The notes: a model not told the origin generated them from the sequence alone. DNA of 64,000 nt from Dehalococcoidia bacterium (GCA_963662615.2 CAXXSR010000002.1:448001-512000), one strand, 5' to 3'. Counted from the first letter of the stretch, positions 1-11,076 are shown. Numbers and translations are program-made.

Positions 1-533
1 GCGGCATCCAGGACCGTAATCAGCGTCTCCTGTTGCAGGACGGGCCGGCCCTCGGCGTTGGACACCGAGACGACCAGGGGCATGGGGCCGATGGGCGTGA
101 GCGCGTCGATCCCGAGGATGGCGAAGAAGCGGGAGCCCTCACGCACGAGGGTGTAGACATCACCGTTGAAGGCGACTGAAGCGAAGCCGGCGCCCGGGGC
201 CTCCGCGGCCACGACGAAGGCGCTGCCCTGGCGCACGTCCTTGGGCGCGACCCAGATGAGGGGATCAGCTTCAAGAGTTGTCGGGTCGTTGCCCGCTGTG
301 TCGGGTGGCGTATCGGTGTCCGTAGGGCCGGAAGGGACGCCGTTGTCGATGGGGGCCGGCGCTTCCGAGCCGACGTCGCGACTTCCGGCGGTGGGGGGTA
401 CGTCGTCGTTGGCGGTGCAGGCAAGCGCCAGCCAGCCAAGTGCGGCGACCGCCGCGAGGAGAAGCAGTCGCCGGCCTCCGCCGCTGCGGCTGCATTGCGC
501 TCGTCCGCGTCCTGACCGCAATGGAGTGGGCAT
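1..533 (-). CDS. M23-family peptidase lipoprotein paralog (partial, runs off left edge; not in the ORF track)
   Basis: Manual translation from ATG 533 (in-frame alternative 542): MPTPLRSG...LLLLAAVAALGWLALAC (lipobox), then LIWVAPKDVRQGSAFVVAAEAPGAGFASVAFNGDVYTLVREGSRFFAILGIDAL. This aligns with LVYVTPQVVRQGGVFLLAVDAPQATAASVAYRGEFFSLLREGDRFFTLLPVDAL of 569..1714. The M23 domain itself would lie outside the window. Confidence 0.8.
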   Translation of the reverse strand, partial: MPTPLRSGRGRAQCSRSGGGRRLLLLAAVAALGWLALACTANDDVPPTAGSRDVGSEAPAPIDNGVPSGPTDTDTPPDTAGNDPTTLEADPLIWVAPKDVRQGSAFVVAAEAPGAGFASVAFNGDVYTLVREGSRFFAILGIDALTPIGPMPLVVSVSNAEGRPVLQQETLITVLDA

Positions 534-568
534 CTGTCCCATCGCGCCGTCCGCCTCGCGTCTCGATC

Positions 569-1714
569 TTATCTGGTTGGTCGCAGCGCGTCGGGGCCGG
601 CGGGCGCTGGGGGCGCGTTAATGGCGTCGGCGATGGCGAAGGTGGCGCTGGGGTCGGGCACCTCCAGCTCGCGGAGCCAGGGGAGCGGATCGACCGGGAC
701 GCCATGGACCAGCACCTCCCAGTGCAGGTGCGGGCCGGTGGCGAAGCCGCTGCTGCCGACTCGGCCTAACGGGTCTCCGCGGCGCACCGTGACGCCGGGC
801 TGGATGCTCACGCTGCTCAGGTGCCAGTAGCTCGTGAGGACGCCGCCGCCATGGTCCAGGATCAGGCCGCGGCCGCGGCGCTCGGTTTCGCCCGTCCAGG
901 CCACGATGCCGCCGTTGGGCGCGACGATCTCCGTGCCCAACGGTCCCCCGAAATCCAGACCGGTGTGGTAGTCCTTGCCGACGATAGGGCGGTAGGAGCG
1001 GACCGTGCCGAAGAGCGAGCTGATGAAGCCGTCCGTGGGTGGACGGAAGAAGCCGCGCCAGTGGCGCTGCGCCGACTTGGCCCGCTCGACCTCTTGGCGA
1101 ACCGCTCGGTCTTCGGCAATGACGTCAGGATCGAGCAGGCGCTGGTGGGCCTCGTCGATCTCGATGACCTCGGTGGGCCACAGCACCTCTTCCACCGTGA
1201 CATTCGCTGTCATTTGCAGGGCCGTGCGGCCGTCGGCGTCGGCGAGGGCGATGGTGAGCGGCAAGGTCCCCGGCTCCATGAGGGCGTCCACGGGCAGCAG
1301 CGTGAAGAAGCGGTCGCCCTCCCGGAGGAGGGAGAAGAACTCGCCGCGGTAGGCGACGGAGGCGGCGGTCGCTTGGGGGGCGTCGACGGCGAGGAGGAAG
1401 ACGCCGCCCTGCCGAACGACCTGCGGCGTGACATAGACCAGCGCCTCCATGAGTGGGAGCGGTTCCAGGCCCGGCTCCCGCGGCGCGTCCGAGCTCACGA
1501 CGGTCCGCGAGGTGGCGGCTGACTGCGGGGGCGAGGGTGGCGTCGCGGAGCCCGGCGGCGATGTCGCATCGGGAGGGGCGCTGGGAGGGGCGGCGGCGCC
1601 GGCGTCCGGGGCCGTTTCATTGCCTCCGCACGCCGTGAGGAGGAGGGCGCCCACGAGGGACGCGGCGCTCAACTGGGCGGACGGGAACCCCGTGGCCCGG
1701 GAAAACGTCCCCAT
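569..1714 (-). CDS. M23-family metallopeptidase lipoprotein
   Basis: Lipobox LLTAC, Pro-rich linker, HTGLD (HxxxD), YWHL and TGPHLHWE (HxH) motifs. Confidence 0.92.
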   Translation of the reverse strand: MGTFSRATGFPSAQLSAASLVGALLLTACGGNETAPDAGAAAPPSAPPDATSPPGSATPPSPPQSAATSRTVVSSDAPREPGLEPLPLMEALVYVTPQVVRQGGVFLLAVDAPQATAASVAYRGEFFSLLREGDRFFTLLPVDALMEPGTLPLTIALADADGRTALQMTANVTVEEVLWPTEVIEIDEAHQRLLDPDVIAEDRAVRQEVERAKSAQRHWRGFFRPPTDGFISSLFGTVRSYRPIVGKDYHTGLDFGGPLGTEIVAPNGGIVAWTGETERRGRGLILDHGGGVLTSYWHLSSVSIQPGVTVRRGDPLGRVGSSGFATGPHLHWEVLVHGVPVDPLPWLRELEVPDPSATFAIADAINAPPAPAGPDALRPTR

Positions 1715-1837
1715 TAACTGAGCATAGGCCCCCAGTCGTTAGTCTCAACGGACCGGCCGCGGAGGCGTTGTCTGGGGCGGGCCGTGTATCTTGAGGGCCG
1801 CCTGTGCGGGCGGGCGGAGACAGGAGGAGGGGAGCGA

Positions 1838-2791
<954 letters not shown>

Positions 2792-2798
2792 GAGCACG

Positions 2799-4088
2799 AT
2801 GGGGCGGCTGCGCGCGGTCTACGGGGCGACGTTTGGCCGGCGCCGGACGCTGACGTTTTTCGCGGTGCTCGTGGTGGTTTCATTCGCGCTGGGCTCGTCC
2901 ACGAATTTCTGGCTGCCGCTGCGACTGGGCTACGCCCTCCTCTTCACGCTGGTGGTCGCGGCCGCGTGGACGTGGCTGGGCGGGCGGGGAGTGCGGGTGC
3001 AGGTGTCGCGCGCCGCCGACCGCGTGCAGGCGGGCCAGGCGATCGTGGAACAGCTGGAAGTGCGCAACGACAGTCGCCTGCCCAAACTCTGGCTGGAGAT
3101 TGAGCAGCGCTCCGACCTTCCCGACCATGCCAGGGCCCGCGTCATCAGCCTGGGCGCCGGCCGTCGCCAGCAATGGCGTCAGGAAACGGTCTGCCGGCGG
3201 CGGGGTCTCTTCACCGTGGGCCCGGTGTTGGTGCGCAGCGGCGACCCCTTCGACCTGTTCCACAGCGAGCAACGGCTGGGCCAACCGCGACAGGTGCTGG
3301 TCTACCCGCAGCCGCTCGATCTCCAGCACTACGCGGTCCCGGCGGCCAACCTCCACGGGGAAGGGCGCGTGTCGCGGCGCACGCACTACGTGACGCCCAA
3401 CGCCGCTGGCCTGCGCGACTACGAACCCGGCGACAGCATGAACCGGATTCACTGGCCCAGCACGGTGCGGGCCGGCCGTCTGCTGGTAAAGACGTTTGAG
3501 CAGGATCCGGCGGCGCAGACGTGGATCGTGCTCGATCTCCATGGCGCGGCCCACGCGGGCGAGGGGGATGACGCCAGCGTGGAATACGCGGTGACGGCAG
3601 CGGCGTCGGTGGCGCGGCTGTTTCTGGACCAGGGCCGCGCGGTGGGGATGACCATGTTGGGCCGGAACCTGGCAAAGGTTGAGCCGGATCGCGGGGGGCC
3701 GCAACTGCGCCGCATGCTGGAGGCGCTGGCGGTGGCCACGCCCACGGGTGACGTGCCGCTGGGCCGTTTGCTGTTGCAGCAGTCGCCTCGTTGGGGGCGG
3801 CAGACCACCCTTGTGGTGATCACGGCCTCCCCCGACCCGGCTTGGGTGGCCGCGCTGCTTTCCCTGACCGCGCGGGGCGTCCAGGCCTCCGTGATCCATC
3901 TGGACCTGCGGACGTTTGGGGGTGGCGCTGGGACAGAGGCGATCATCGCCCAGTTGCGGGCGGCGGGGCTGCAGGCGAACGTCGTGCGACTGGGCGATCA
4001 GCTGGCGGAGGTGCTGGCGTCCGCCCTGCCGTCCGGAAGGGCCGCCAGCGCTGGCGAGCGCAGGCAGAAGGCCGCGGTGACGGCATGA
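2799..4088 (+). CDS. DUF58 / vWA-like MoxR-associated membrane protein
   Basis: N-terminal TM segments, RRG..GP..V.SGDPF, LRDYEPGDSMNRIHWPST motif; directly follows moxR. Confidence 0.9.
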   Translation: MGRLRAVYGATFGRRRTLTFFAVLVVVSFALGSSTNFWLPLRLGYALLFTLVVAAAWTWLGGRGVRVQVSRAADRVQAGQAIVEQLEVRNDSRLPKLWLEIEQRSDLPDHARARVISLGAGRRQQWRQETVCRRRGLFTVGPVLVRSGDPFDLFHSEQRLGQPRQVLVYPQPLDLQHYAVPAANLHGEGRVSRRTHYVTPNAAGLRDYEPGDSMNRIHWPSTVRAGRLLVKTFEQDPAAQTWIVLDLHGAAHAGEGDDASVEYAVTAAASVARLFLDQGRAVGMTMLGRNLAKVEPDRGGPQLRRMLEALAVATPTGDVPLGRLLLQQSPRWGRQTTLVVITASPDPAWVAALLSLTARGVQASVIHLDLRTFGGGAGTEAIIAQLRAAGLQANVVRLGDQLAEVLASALPSGRAASAGERRQKAAVTA

Positions 4089-6850
4089 CGGCGCGCTCGC
4101 AGATCGAGCCGAGCCGGGGTCAGCGCCTGTCCGGCTCTGGACGGGAAATCGACGGCGCCCAGCGTGAGGCGAGTCGCTCCCCCGCGCCGACGTCGCGGGG
4201 GTGGCGCGGACTGGAGGCGGCGATCACGCTCGCCATCCTGATGGTCGTGGTGCTGACCGTGGCGGACAGCATTGCGGCGGCGGCGTGGGTGGAAGATTCG
4301 CCCGATCTGCTCCTGGTCGCGGGGCTGGGGTTGGTGGTCGCCGGGCTGCTGGCCGCCTCTCCCTTGCGCTGGCCGGTCGCCATCCTGCTGGGCCTGCTCG
4401 CCGGCGCCGTGGTCGTCCTCTGGCAGGTCCTGACGGTGGATCTGGTGGCCGATCAGCCGCTCTTCTTCGAGCGTTTTCGCGACCTGGGGGTGCGCTTGGA
4501 TGATTGGTTCCGGCAGGCGTTCCGGTCGGACCTCGCCACCGACAATCTCCCCTTCATCTTCTTCGTCTCGGTGGCGCTCTGGGTGGCCACGTTCCCCACG
4601 TCGTTTCTCGTCTGGCGCCGTCGCAATCCGTGGCCGCTGCTGATCGTGCTCGGGGTGATGCTGGCCTTCAACGTGCGCTACCTGAGCGGGAGGCAGTGGG
4701 ACCTCCATTTCGCCTTTTTCGTGGCCGGCGCCGGGCTCCTGATCATGCGGACGACGCTGTTGGGCCGGATGGCGCGGTGGCGAGCGACGGGCACGCCCTA
4801 TCCGACCTATCTCAGCTTGAGCTTCCTGGCCGTGACCGTGGTGGCGGTGGCGGCGCTGGTCGGAGTGACGCGAGCGCTGCCGCGGCCCGACCGCCCGGAG
4901 GCGTTCTCCAATTTCTGGTCCGGGGTGACGGCTCCGTTCCCCGACTTCGTGGACCAGTTGCAAGACCTCTTCAGCGGGATCGACCTCAGCCGCGGCGGTT
5001 CCATTCACGATTTCGGCGACAGCTTCGTCATGCAGGGCGGCATCTCGGCGAAGCGGGGCATTCGGGTCCGCGTGGACTCCCCTGAGTCCGGGCTCCTGCG
5101 CGGCGCGACCTACGACCGCTACACGACGCGGGGTTGGGATCGGTCGGGGACGGTCACGGCGTCCGTGGGCGGGGAGCGTGCCATCACCGCGCTGTCCGGC
5201 GACGATGAGGAGGGCTACCGCGAGCGGCGGGACGTGACCGTGCGCCTGTCCATGGAGACAGAGTCGGAGGTGCTGTTTACGTTCGGCATGCCGGCGACGA
5301 TCGACCACGAGGTGAGCGTGGTCCAGCCGGAGCCGGCGCGCGTGCGCCTTGGTGTGAACGCGGCCGGCGGGGGCGCGCCCTCGGCGGAGCTGGCCCTCGC
5401 TTCGCAAGAGATCGCACTGCGTCAGACGGTCGAGCCACTGACCGACGAGCAGGTGCTGGCGCTGCTCCCGGAGGGGTACGACGTCGTTGGGGTGGAGCGC
5501 GATCTGGAGGGCGAAGCGCTGCGCGCACTTGAGCTGGAGAGCCGGCCGGAGCAGATGGACGTGGTGGCGCTGCGCCCCCTGGATACGGTCGAGCGCGGCT
5601 TCACCTATCGCGTGACGGGGACCGTCTCAGACGCCCTGCCGGCCGCCCTGCGGGCAGCGGGCACGGACTATCCCTTCTGGGTACGCGATCGCTTCCTACA
5701 GCTGCCCGCCAGCCTGTTGGACAGTGACCGCGCCAGGCTCCTGGCCTTGGCGCGCCTGGTCACGACGGACACCGACAGCCACTATGACGCCGCCGTGGCG
5801 ATCAGCGGCTTCCTCTGCTGCTCGGTGCTCGCAGGGGAGGACGGCCAGCCCGTTCTCACCGCGGACGGGCTGCCGCGCCTGCGCTATCCGTTCTCCCGGC
5901 ACGTGCAGAGCCCGCCGCGCCACGTTGACACCGTCGCCTGGTGGCTGTTCGATCACCGGGACGCCGATGGTTATCCGGCGGGCGGCTACTACGACTACTA
6001 CTCGAGTTCCATGGCGGTGCTCCTGCGCAGCCTGGGCATCCCGGCGCGGGTGACTGCCGGCTACGTCCTGAATGAGAACAACTACGACGCGCGCACCGAC
6101 ACCTACATTGTGCAGGTGGCGCACACGTACTCCTGGGTGGAGGTCTTCTTCCCGAGCTACGGCTGGGTGGAGTTTGACCCCACGCCGCGGAACACGGGGG
6201 AGGAGTTCGCCGACATTGGCGGCGATCGCCTGAGCAACCAGGGGCTCGCCCCCTTCCGCTCGGAATCGCTCGACGCCGGCGGGCTCCTTGGTGTCGAGGG
6301 GCTGGCTGCGTTCTTCGCGGCGGGTATCCTGGTGGACGACAGCCCTGCGAGCCAGGTCGATGAGGGGACCGATGGTGGCGGTCAGCGCTGGCTGATCCTG
6401 GGCCCGCTGATCGGCTTGGGGCTGATCGTTACGGCGGGGGGCGGCACCGCGCTGGCCTGGCGGGTTTCCCTGCGTGGCTTGAGTCCGATAGAGCGAACCT
6501 GGAAGTCCACGCAGCGTCTCTCCCGCTTCGCGGGGTTGCCGGCGGACCCGGCGGCGACGCCGTCGGAGTACGCCGCCAGGGTGGGCGCGGCCGTGGGAGC
6601 CTCCGCGTCCGCGCGGAGGCTGGCGGACTCTTACGCGCGTCAGCGCTTCGGCGGAAAGCGCCTCACGGACCGCGAGATCGGCGAGGCCCGGCGCTCCGGG
6701 GGGATCCTCCGCAGCCGACTGCTCCGTCACCTGCTGCGTCTGCCGCAGCCGCTGCCAGAGTCCGTCGCCAAAAAGAGCGCGCCGCGCGCCCAGGACGACG
6801 GGCGCGCCTCCGGCGAACAGCCGCCCACCGACGGCCCTAGCGAGCGCTAG
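4085..6850 (+). CDS. Transglutaminase-like (TgpA-type) membrane protein, apparently catalytically degenerate
   Basis: ATG 4085 overlaps the DUF58 stop (ATGA). Multi-TM N-terminus, MAVLLRSLGIPARVTAGY and WVEVFFPSYGWVEFDPTP core, DUF4129-like tail (TPSEYA..Y..QRFG). Catalytic Cys and His positions read Tyr. Confidence 0.88.
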   Translation: MTARSQIEPSRGQRLSGSGREIDGAQREASRSPAPTSRGWRGLEAAITLAILMVVVLTVADSIAAAAWVEDSPDLLLVAGLGLVVAGLLAASPLRWPVAILLGLLAGAVVVLWQVLTVDLVADQPLFFERFRDLGVRLDDWFRQAFRSDLATDNLPFIFFVSVALWVATFPTSFLVWRRRNPWPLLIVLGVMLAFNVRYLSGRQWDLHFAFFVAGAGLLIMRTTLLGRMARWRATGTPYPTYLSLSFLAVTVVAVAALVGVTRALPRPDRPEAFSNFWSGVTAPFPDFVDQLQDLFSGIDLSRGGSIHDFGDSFVMQGGISAKRGIRVRVDSPESGLLRGATYDRYTTRGWDRSGTVTASVGGERAITALSGDDEEGYRERRDVTVRLSMETESEVLFTFGMPATIDHEVSVVQPEPARVRLGVNAAGGGAPSAELALASQEIALRQTVEPLTDEQVLALLPEGYDVVGVERDLEGEALRALELESRPEQMDVVALRPLDTVERGFTYRVTGTVSDALPAALRAAGTDYPFWVRDRFLQLPASLLDSDRARLLALARLVTTDTDSHYDAAVAISGFLCCSVLAGEDGQPVLTADGLPRLRYPFSRHVQSPPRHVDTVAWWLFDHRDADGYPAGGYYDYYSSSMAVLLRSLGIPARVTAGYVLNENNYDARTDTYIVQVAHTYSWVEVFFPSYGWVEFDPTPRNTGEEFADIGGDRLSNQGLAPFRSESLDAGGLLGVEGLAAFFAAGILVDDSPASQVDEGTDGGGQRWLILGPLIGLGLIVTAGGGTALAWRVSLRGLSPIERTWKSTQRLSRFAGLPADPAATPSEYAARVGAAVGASASARRLADSYARQRFGGKRLTDREIGEARRSGGILRSRLLRHLLRLPQPLPESVAKKSAPRAQDDGRASGEQPPTDGPSER

Positions 6851-6854
6851 GACC

Positions 6855-7127
6855 TCAGAGGGCCGAGCCGGGCGGGAGGGGGTCATCGTCGCCGCGGCGC
6901 TCCAGGGCGACGCGCGCTTCCCGCTCCCACTCCTCTGGGACCAGAACGCGCGTGGCCAGAGCGGAGGGTCCGAGGAAGGAGACCGCGTCGCCGGCGGCGA
7001 TGCGAGCCGGGACGGCCAGCTGGCGGAGGAACTGTATGACGACCTCCGCGCTGAGTTGGTCCGGCTCCTCGGCGACGACGACCCAGCGGCCTCCGCGCCG
7101 CGATTCCCTGGCGCCTTGACTGCTCAC
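6855..7127 (-). CDS. DUF2007-like small putative signal-transducing protein
   Basis: WVVV....QLSAEVVIQFL...VP and RVLVPEEW...AR..L pattern; GGAG before GTG. Confidence 0.7.
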   Translation of the reverse strand: MSSQGARESRRGGRWVVVAEEPDQLSAEVVIQFLRQLAVPARIAAGDAVSFLGPSALATRVLVPEEWEREARVALERRGDDDPLPPGSAL

Positions 7128-7305
7128 CGAGCGCTCCTATCGCCCTCTGCTCGCTGCGCCCCCTGGCTTTGCTGTGGAGCCCCTTGGCGGGGGAGCCCTG
7201 GTCAGGCGGAGGGGGGCTGACGGCGTTGACGCCCGCGGGCGGTGACCAGATTGTCGCACGCGCGGCGGCGCTCATGCGTCGGGGGCGGTGCTTCCCGGGC
7301 AGTGG

Positions 7306-10300
7306 TCATCCAGCCGTGGTGGTGAGGGGCCGCGCCTCGACTTCGGCGTCGCCGTGCTCGCCCAGCGCCTGCTTGAGATCGTTCACCATGGCCCAGGACG
7401 CGGCGCAGCCGGGCAGCGCCAGCGTGACGCGCTCGCCCACGCCGCTGATGGTCAGGAAGGCGGGGTGCGGTCCGGGCGTCCCCTTGACCACGCGGATGGC
7501 CTCGTGCAGCCGCCACTGGTCCGCCGCCTCATCCGCCGATTCCGTGATGCGGATTTGCAGCGTCAAACCCGTTGCGTCCGCCGCGTCGCCGTTCGGGCGG
7601 ACGGGCGGCGGCGGGGCGGATTCTCGGATCTCGCGCGGGGCGGCGGACGCTGGCTCGGCGTCGAGTGAGGGGGGCGACGCCGGCTCCCCCTCGTGGGCGG
7701 CGGCGGCCGGCCCCCGATGTGCCGGGACCCCGCGCTGCCCTGCGTTCGGGCGCGGCGGAGCGCTGTCGTCCGTTGTGGCGTCCGTGGTGGCGTCCCTGGT
7801 GGCTGTCGACGGCGGGCGGCGCTTGTCCGCGCGGACGTCCCAGAGAGTGGGGTCGTCGGCGAGGAGGCCGCCGTCGCCAGCCACGGCTTCTTCGTAGGCG
7901 GTCACGTTTTCCACCGCCAGCGTCAGCCGTCCCGCGCGATTTCGCACCCGCGCGTGGATGAGGAGGATGTTGCCGTCCTGCCAGAGGTGCGGGGTGGCGG
8001 CGTAGAGGTCGGGCCAGACGGTCACCTCCACGCTGCCCGAGAGGTCCTCGATCTCGCAGGCGCAGAAGGCTTGGCCCTTGCGCGTCGTGAGCGGTCGCAC
8101 CAGGGTGACGGTGCCGGCGACGACAGCGTCCTGCCCCTCCATCTCCTCACTGATCTCCGCCGCCTGCGCCGTGACGTGGGGCTCCAGCGCGGCCGCCGCC
8201 CGCTGGAAGGGGTGCTCGGAGACGTAGGCGCCCAGGAGCTCTTTTTCCCACTGCAGGAGTTCGGCGCGGGTCACGTCGGCGTTGGACAGCTCATCCAGGA
8301 GGAGTTCGGGGCGGGGGGTGGCGACCTCTTCCCCAAACAGGTCGAACATGGTGGTCTGGCCGCTGGCCTTGAGCTCCCGTTCGCGCTGCCCCAGGCGGAC
8401 CAGGCGGTCGATGCCGGCCAAGGCGGGCCCGCGCGGCGCCAGGCCGTCGAGCGCGCCGGCCTTAATCAGGCTCTCCAGGGCTCGCTTGTTGAGCGCGCGC
8501 AGGTCGGCGCGGCGGCAGAGCTCTTCCAAGGATGCGTAGGCGCCGTTGGCTTCTCGCTCCGCGATCAGCGCGTCGATGGCGCCGCTGCCGACGTTCTTGA
8601 CGTTGGCGAGGCCGAAGCGGATGCCCTGACGGCCGTCCGCCAGCGCTTCGACGGAGAACGTCTGCTGGGATCGGTTCAGGTCGGGGGGGAGCAGCGGCAT
8701 TCCTAAGCGGCCGCACTCCGCCGCGGCGAGGCCGATACGGTCGGTGTTGTCCGCGGCGGCGCGCAGCACGGCCGTCATGTAGGGCACGGGGTAGTGCGCC
8801 TTCAGGTAGGCCGTCTGGTAGGCGATGCTGCCGTAGCAGACGGCATGCGCTTTGTTGAAGGCGTAACCGGCGAACGGCTCGATCAGATCGAAGACCGTCG
8901 TGGCGTCGGCTTCGCTGTAACCGCGCTCGCGGGCGCCGGCCACGAAGCCGCCCCGCTCCGCCTGCATCACCGCCTCGATCTTCTTGCCCATGGCTTTGCG
9001 CATGACGTCCGCCTGGCCCAGCGTGTAGCCGGCGAACTTCTGCGCGATCTGCAGCACCTGGTCCTGATAGATAATGACGCCGTAGGTCTCGTCGAGGGTC
9101 TCGGCGAGATCGGGGTGCGGGTACTGGATCGCCTCCTCGCCATGATTGGCGCGGATGTAGCGGGGAATGTGCTCCATGGGCCCCGGGCGGTAGAGCGCGA
9201 CGAGCGCCGCGACCTCGGCCAGGGAGGAGGGGCGCAACGCCTGCACGTAGCGCCGCATGCCCGCCGATTCCAGCTGGAAGATCCCGAACGTCTCGCCGCG
9301 CCCGAGCAGCTCAAATGTCGCCGCGTCGCCCTCGGGGAGGTCAAGGTAGTCCAGGTGCGCGCCGGTCAACTCCTCAATCAGCTCCACCGCGCCGCTGAGA
9401 ATAGTGAGATTGGTCAGCCCCAAGAAGTCCATCTTGAGCAGGCCGATCTCCGCGCACTGATTCATGGCCCACTGCGTCATGGGGATGGAGTGTTCGTCGC
9501 CGCGGGGGGGGCGTTGGAGCGGCACGTTCTGCATGAGCGGGTCGCGGGCGATGACGACGGCGGCGGCGTGCGTGCCGGCATGACGGGCCACGCCTTCCAG
9601 TTTGCGCGCCTGCTCAATGAGCTTGCGGATCGGCGGCTCCGTCTCATAGCTGCGGCGGAGATCGGCGCTCTGGTCCAGCGCCTCATCCAAGGTGATGTTG
9701 ATCTGTCCGGGCACCAGCCGCGCGACGCGGTCGGTGTCGGGGAAGGGCATGCCCAGGGCGCGGCCGGTGTCACGCAGCGCCGCCCTGGCTCCCAGGGTGC
9801 CGAAGGTGATCATCTGCGCCACGCGGTCATGCCCGTATTTGTCCGCCACGTAGCGGATGACTTCGTCACGGCGGTTGTCGGCGAAGTCCATGTCAATGTC
9901 GGGCATCTCGCGCCGTTCGGCGTTGAGGAAGCGCTCGAAGACGAGGTTGTGGCGGAGGGGATCGATGTCGGTGATGTCGAGGCAGTAGAGGATGATGCTG
10001 GCGGCCGCGCTGCCGCGCACGCCCATGGCGATGCGACGCCGGCGGGCGAACTGGGCGAAGTCCCGCACGATGAGGAAGTACTCGGCGAAGCCGGTCTGCT
10101 GCACCACCTCCAGCTCATGGTTGAGCCGATCAATCTGTTCCGGCGTGGGCTCGCCGTAGCGTTGCTCTAGGCCCTGCAAGGCGAGCGCGGCGAGGTGCTC
10201 CTGGGCCGACGTCCCCGACGGCAGATCCGGCTCCGGCAGTTGCAGGCGGCCGAATTCCAGTGTCACGTCGCAGCGCTCGGCGATGGCGGTAGTGATGTCG

Positions 10301-11076
10301 ATCGCCTCCGGCAGGTCGGGGAAGCGCTCTCGCATCTCGGCTTCGCTGGTGAGGTAGTAATCGTCGCCGTCGAGCCGGAAGCGGTCGGCCTGGTCCATGG
10401 TGCTGTTCGTGCCGATGCAGAGCAGCACCTCGTGGGTGAGCGCGTCCTCGGGCGCGCAGTAGTGCGAATCGTGGGTGGCGACGAGGGGGATGCCGGTCTC
10501 CCGCGACAGCGTGACCAGGCGGGGGATGACGGGGGTGAACTTGGGGTCGGCGTGGTTCTGGATCTCAAGGTAGTAGCGGTCGCCGAAGAGTTCGCGGTGC
10601 CAGGCGGCGATGGCGCGGGCGTCGTCCCAGCGCTCTTCGGCCAGGGCTCCGTGCAATTCGCCCGAGGGACAGCCGGAGAGCGCAATGAGCCCCTCGCTGT
10701 GCTCGGCCAGGAGTTCACGGTCCATGCGGGGCCGGTAGTAGAAGCCTTCCAGATGCGCCCGGGTGGCGAGGGTGACGAGGTTGTGCCAGCCCACGTTGTT
10801 CTGGGCCAGCAAGACCAGGTGGTGGTAGTCCCAGCGGGCGCGGGAGTCGCGATCGCGGCGGTTGCCGCCGGCGACGTAGGCCTCGATCCCCAGGATCGGG
10901 TGGAGGCCGGCGCTCTTGGCGCCCTTGGCGAAGTCAATGGCGCCGTAGAGGTTGCCGTGGTCCGTGATGGCGATGGCTTCCTGGCCCAGGCTGCGGGCGC
11001 GCTCCAGGAGCGGGTCGATCTTGGAGAGCCCGTCCAGGAGGCTGAACTCGGTGTGGGTGTGGAGATGGGTAAACAT
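7306..11076 (-). CDS. dnaE: DNA polymerase III alpha subunit
   Basis: PHP motifs HLHTHTEFS/ITDHG/HDSHY, GRGSAA-like VRGSAAAS, PDIDMD, KMDFLGL, YAFNKAH, clamp-motif-like QTTMF, OB fold. Confidence 0.98.
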   Translation of the reverse strand: MFTHLHTHTEFSLLDGLSKIDPLLERARSLGQEAIAITDHGNLYGAIDFAKGAKSAGLHPILGIEAYVAGGNRRDRDSRARWDYHHLVLLAQNNVGWHNLVTLATRAHLEGFYYRPRMDRELLAEHSEGLIALSGCPSGELHGALAEERWDDARAIAAWHRELFGDRYYLEIQNHADPKFTPVIPRLVTLSRETGIPLVATHDSHYCAPEDALTHEVLLCIGTNSTMDQADRFRLDGDDYYLTSEAEMRERFPDLPEAIDITTAIAERCDVTLEFGRLQLPEPDLPSGTSAQEHLAALALQGLEQRYGEPTPEQIDRLNHELEVVQQTGFAEYFLIVRDFAQFARRRRIAMGVRGSAAASIILYCLDITDIDPLRHNLVFERFLNAERREMPDIDMDFADNRRDEVIRYVADKYGHDRVAQMITFGTLGARAALRDTGRALGMPFPDTDRVARLVPGQINITLDEALDQSADLRRSYETEPPIRKLIEQARKLEGVARHAGTHAAAVVIARDPLMQNVPLQRPPRGDEHSIPMTQWAMNQCAEIGLLKMDFLGLTNLTILSGAVELIEELTGAHLDYLDLPEGDAATFELLGRGETFGIFQLESAGMRRYVQALRPSSLAEVAALVALYRPGPMEHIPRYIRANHGEEAIQYPHPDLAETLDETYGVIIYQDQVLQIAQKFAGYTLGQADVMRKAMGKKIEAVMQAERGGFVAGARERGYSEADATTVFDLIEPFAGYAFNKAHAVCYGSIAYQTAYLKAHYPVPYMTAVLRAAADNTDRIGLAAAECGRLGMPLLPPDLNRSQQTFSVEALADGRQGIRFGLANVKNVGSGAIDALIAEREANGAYASLEELCRRADLRALNKRALESLIKAGALDGLAPRGPALAGIDRLVRLGQRERELKASGQTTMFDLFGEEVATPRPELLLDELSNADVTRAELLQWEKELLGAYVSEHPFQRAAAALEPHVTAQAAEISEEMEGQDAVVAGTVTLVRPLTTRKGQAFCACEIEDLSGSVEVTVWPDLYAATPHLWQDGNILLIHARVRNRAGRLTLAVENVTAYEEAVAGDGGLLADDPTLWDVRADKRRPPSTATRDATTDATTDDSAPPRPNAGQRGVPAHRGPAAAAHEGEPASPPSLDAEPASAAPREIRESAPPPPVRPNGDAADATGLTLQIRITESADEAADQWRLHEAIRVVKGTPGPHPAFLTISGVGERVTLALPGCAASWAMVNDLKQALGEHGDAEVEARPLTTTAG

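Noticed and set aside
3791-4084. Extended N-termini in the ORF track (TGase, lysC, pdxT, DoxX, rnpA and others)
   Set aside because: They overlap upstream genes; downstream starts with an RBS or stop/start coupling fit better.
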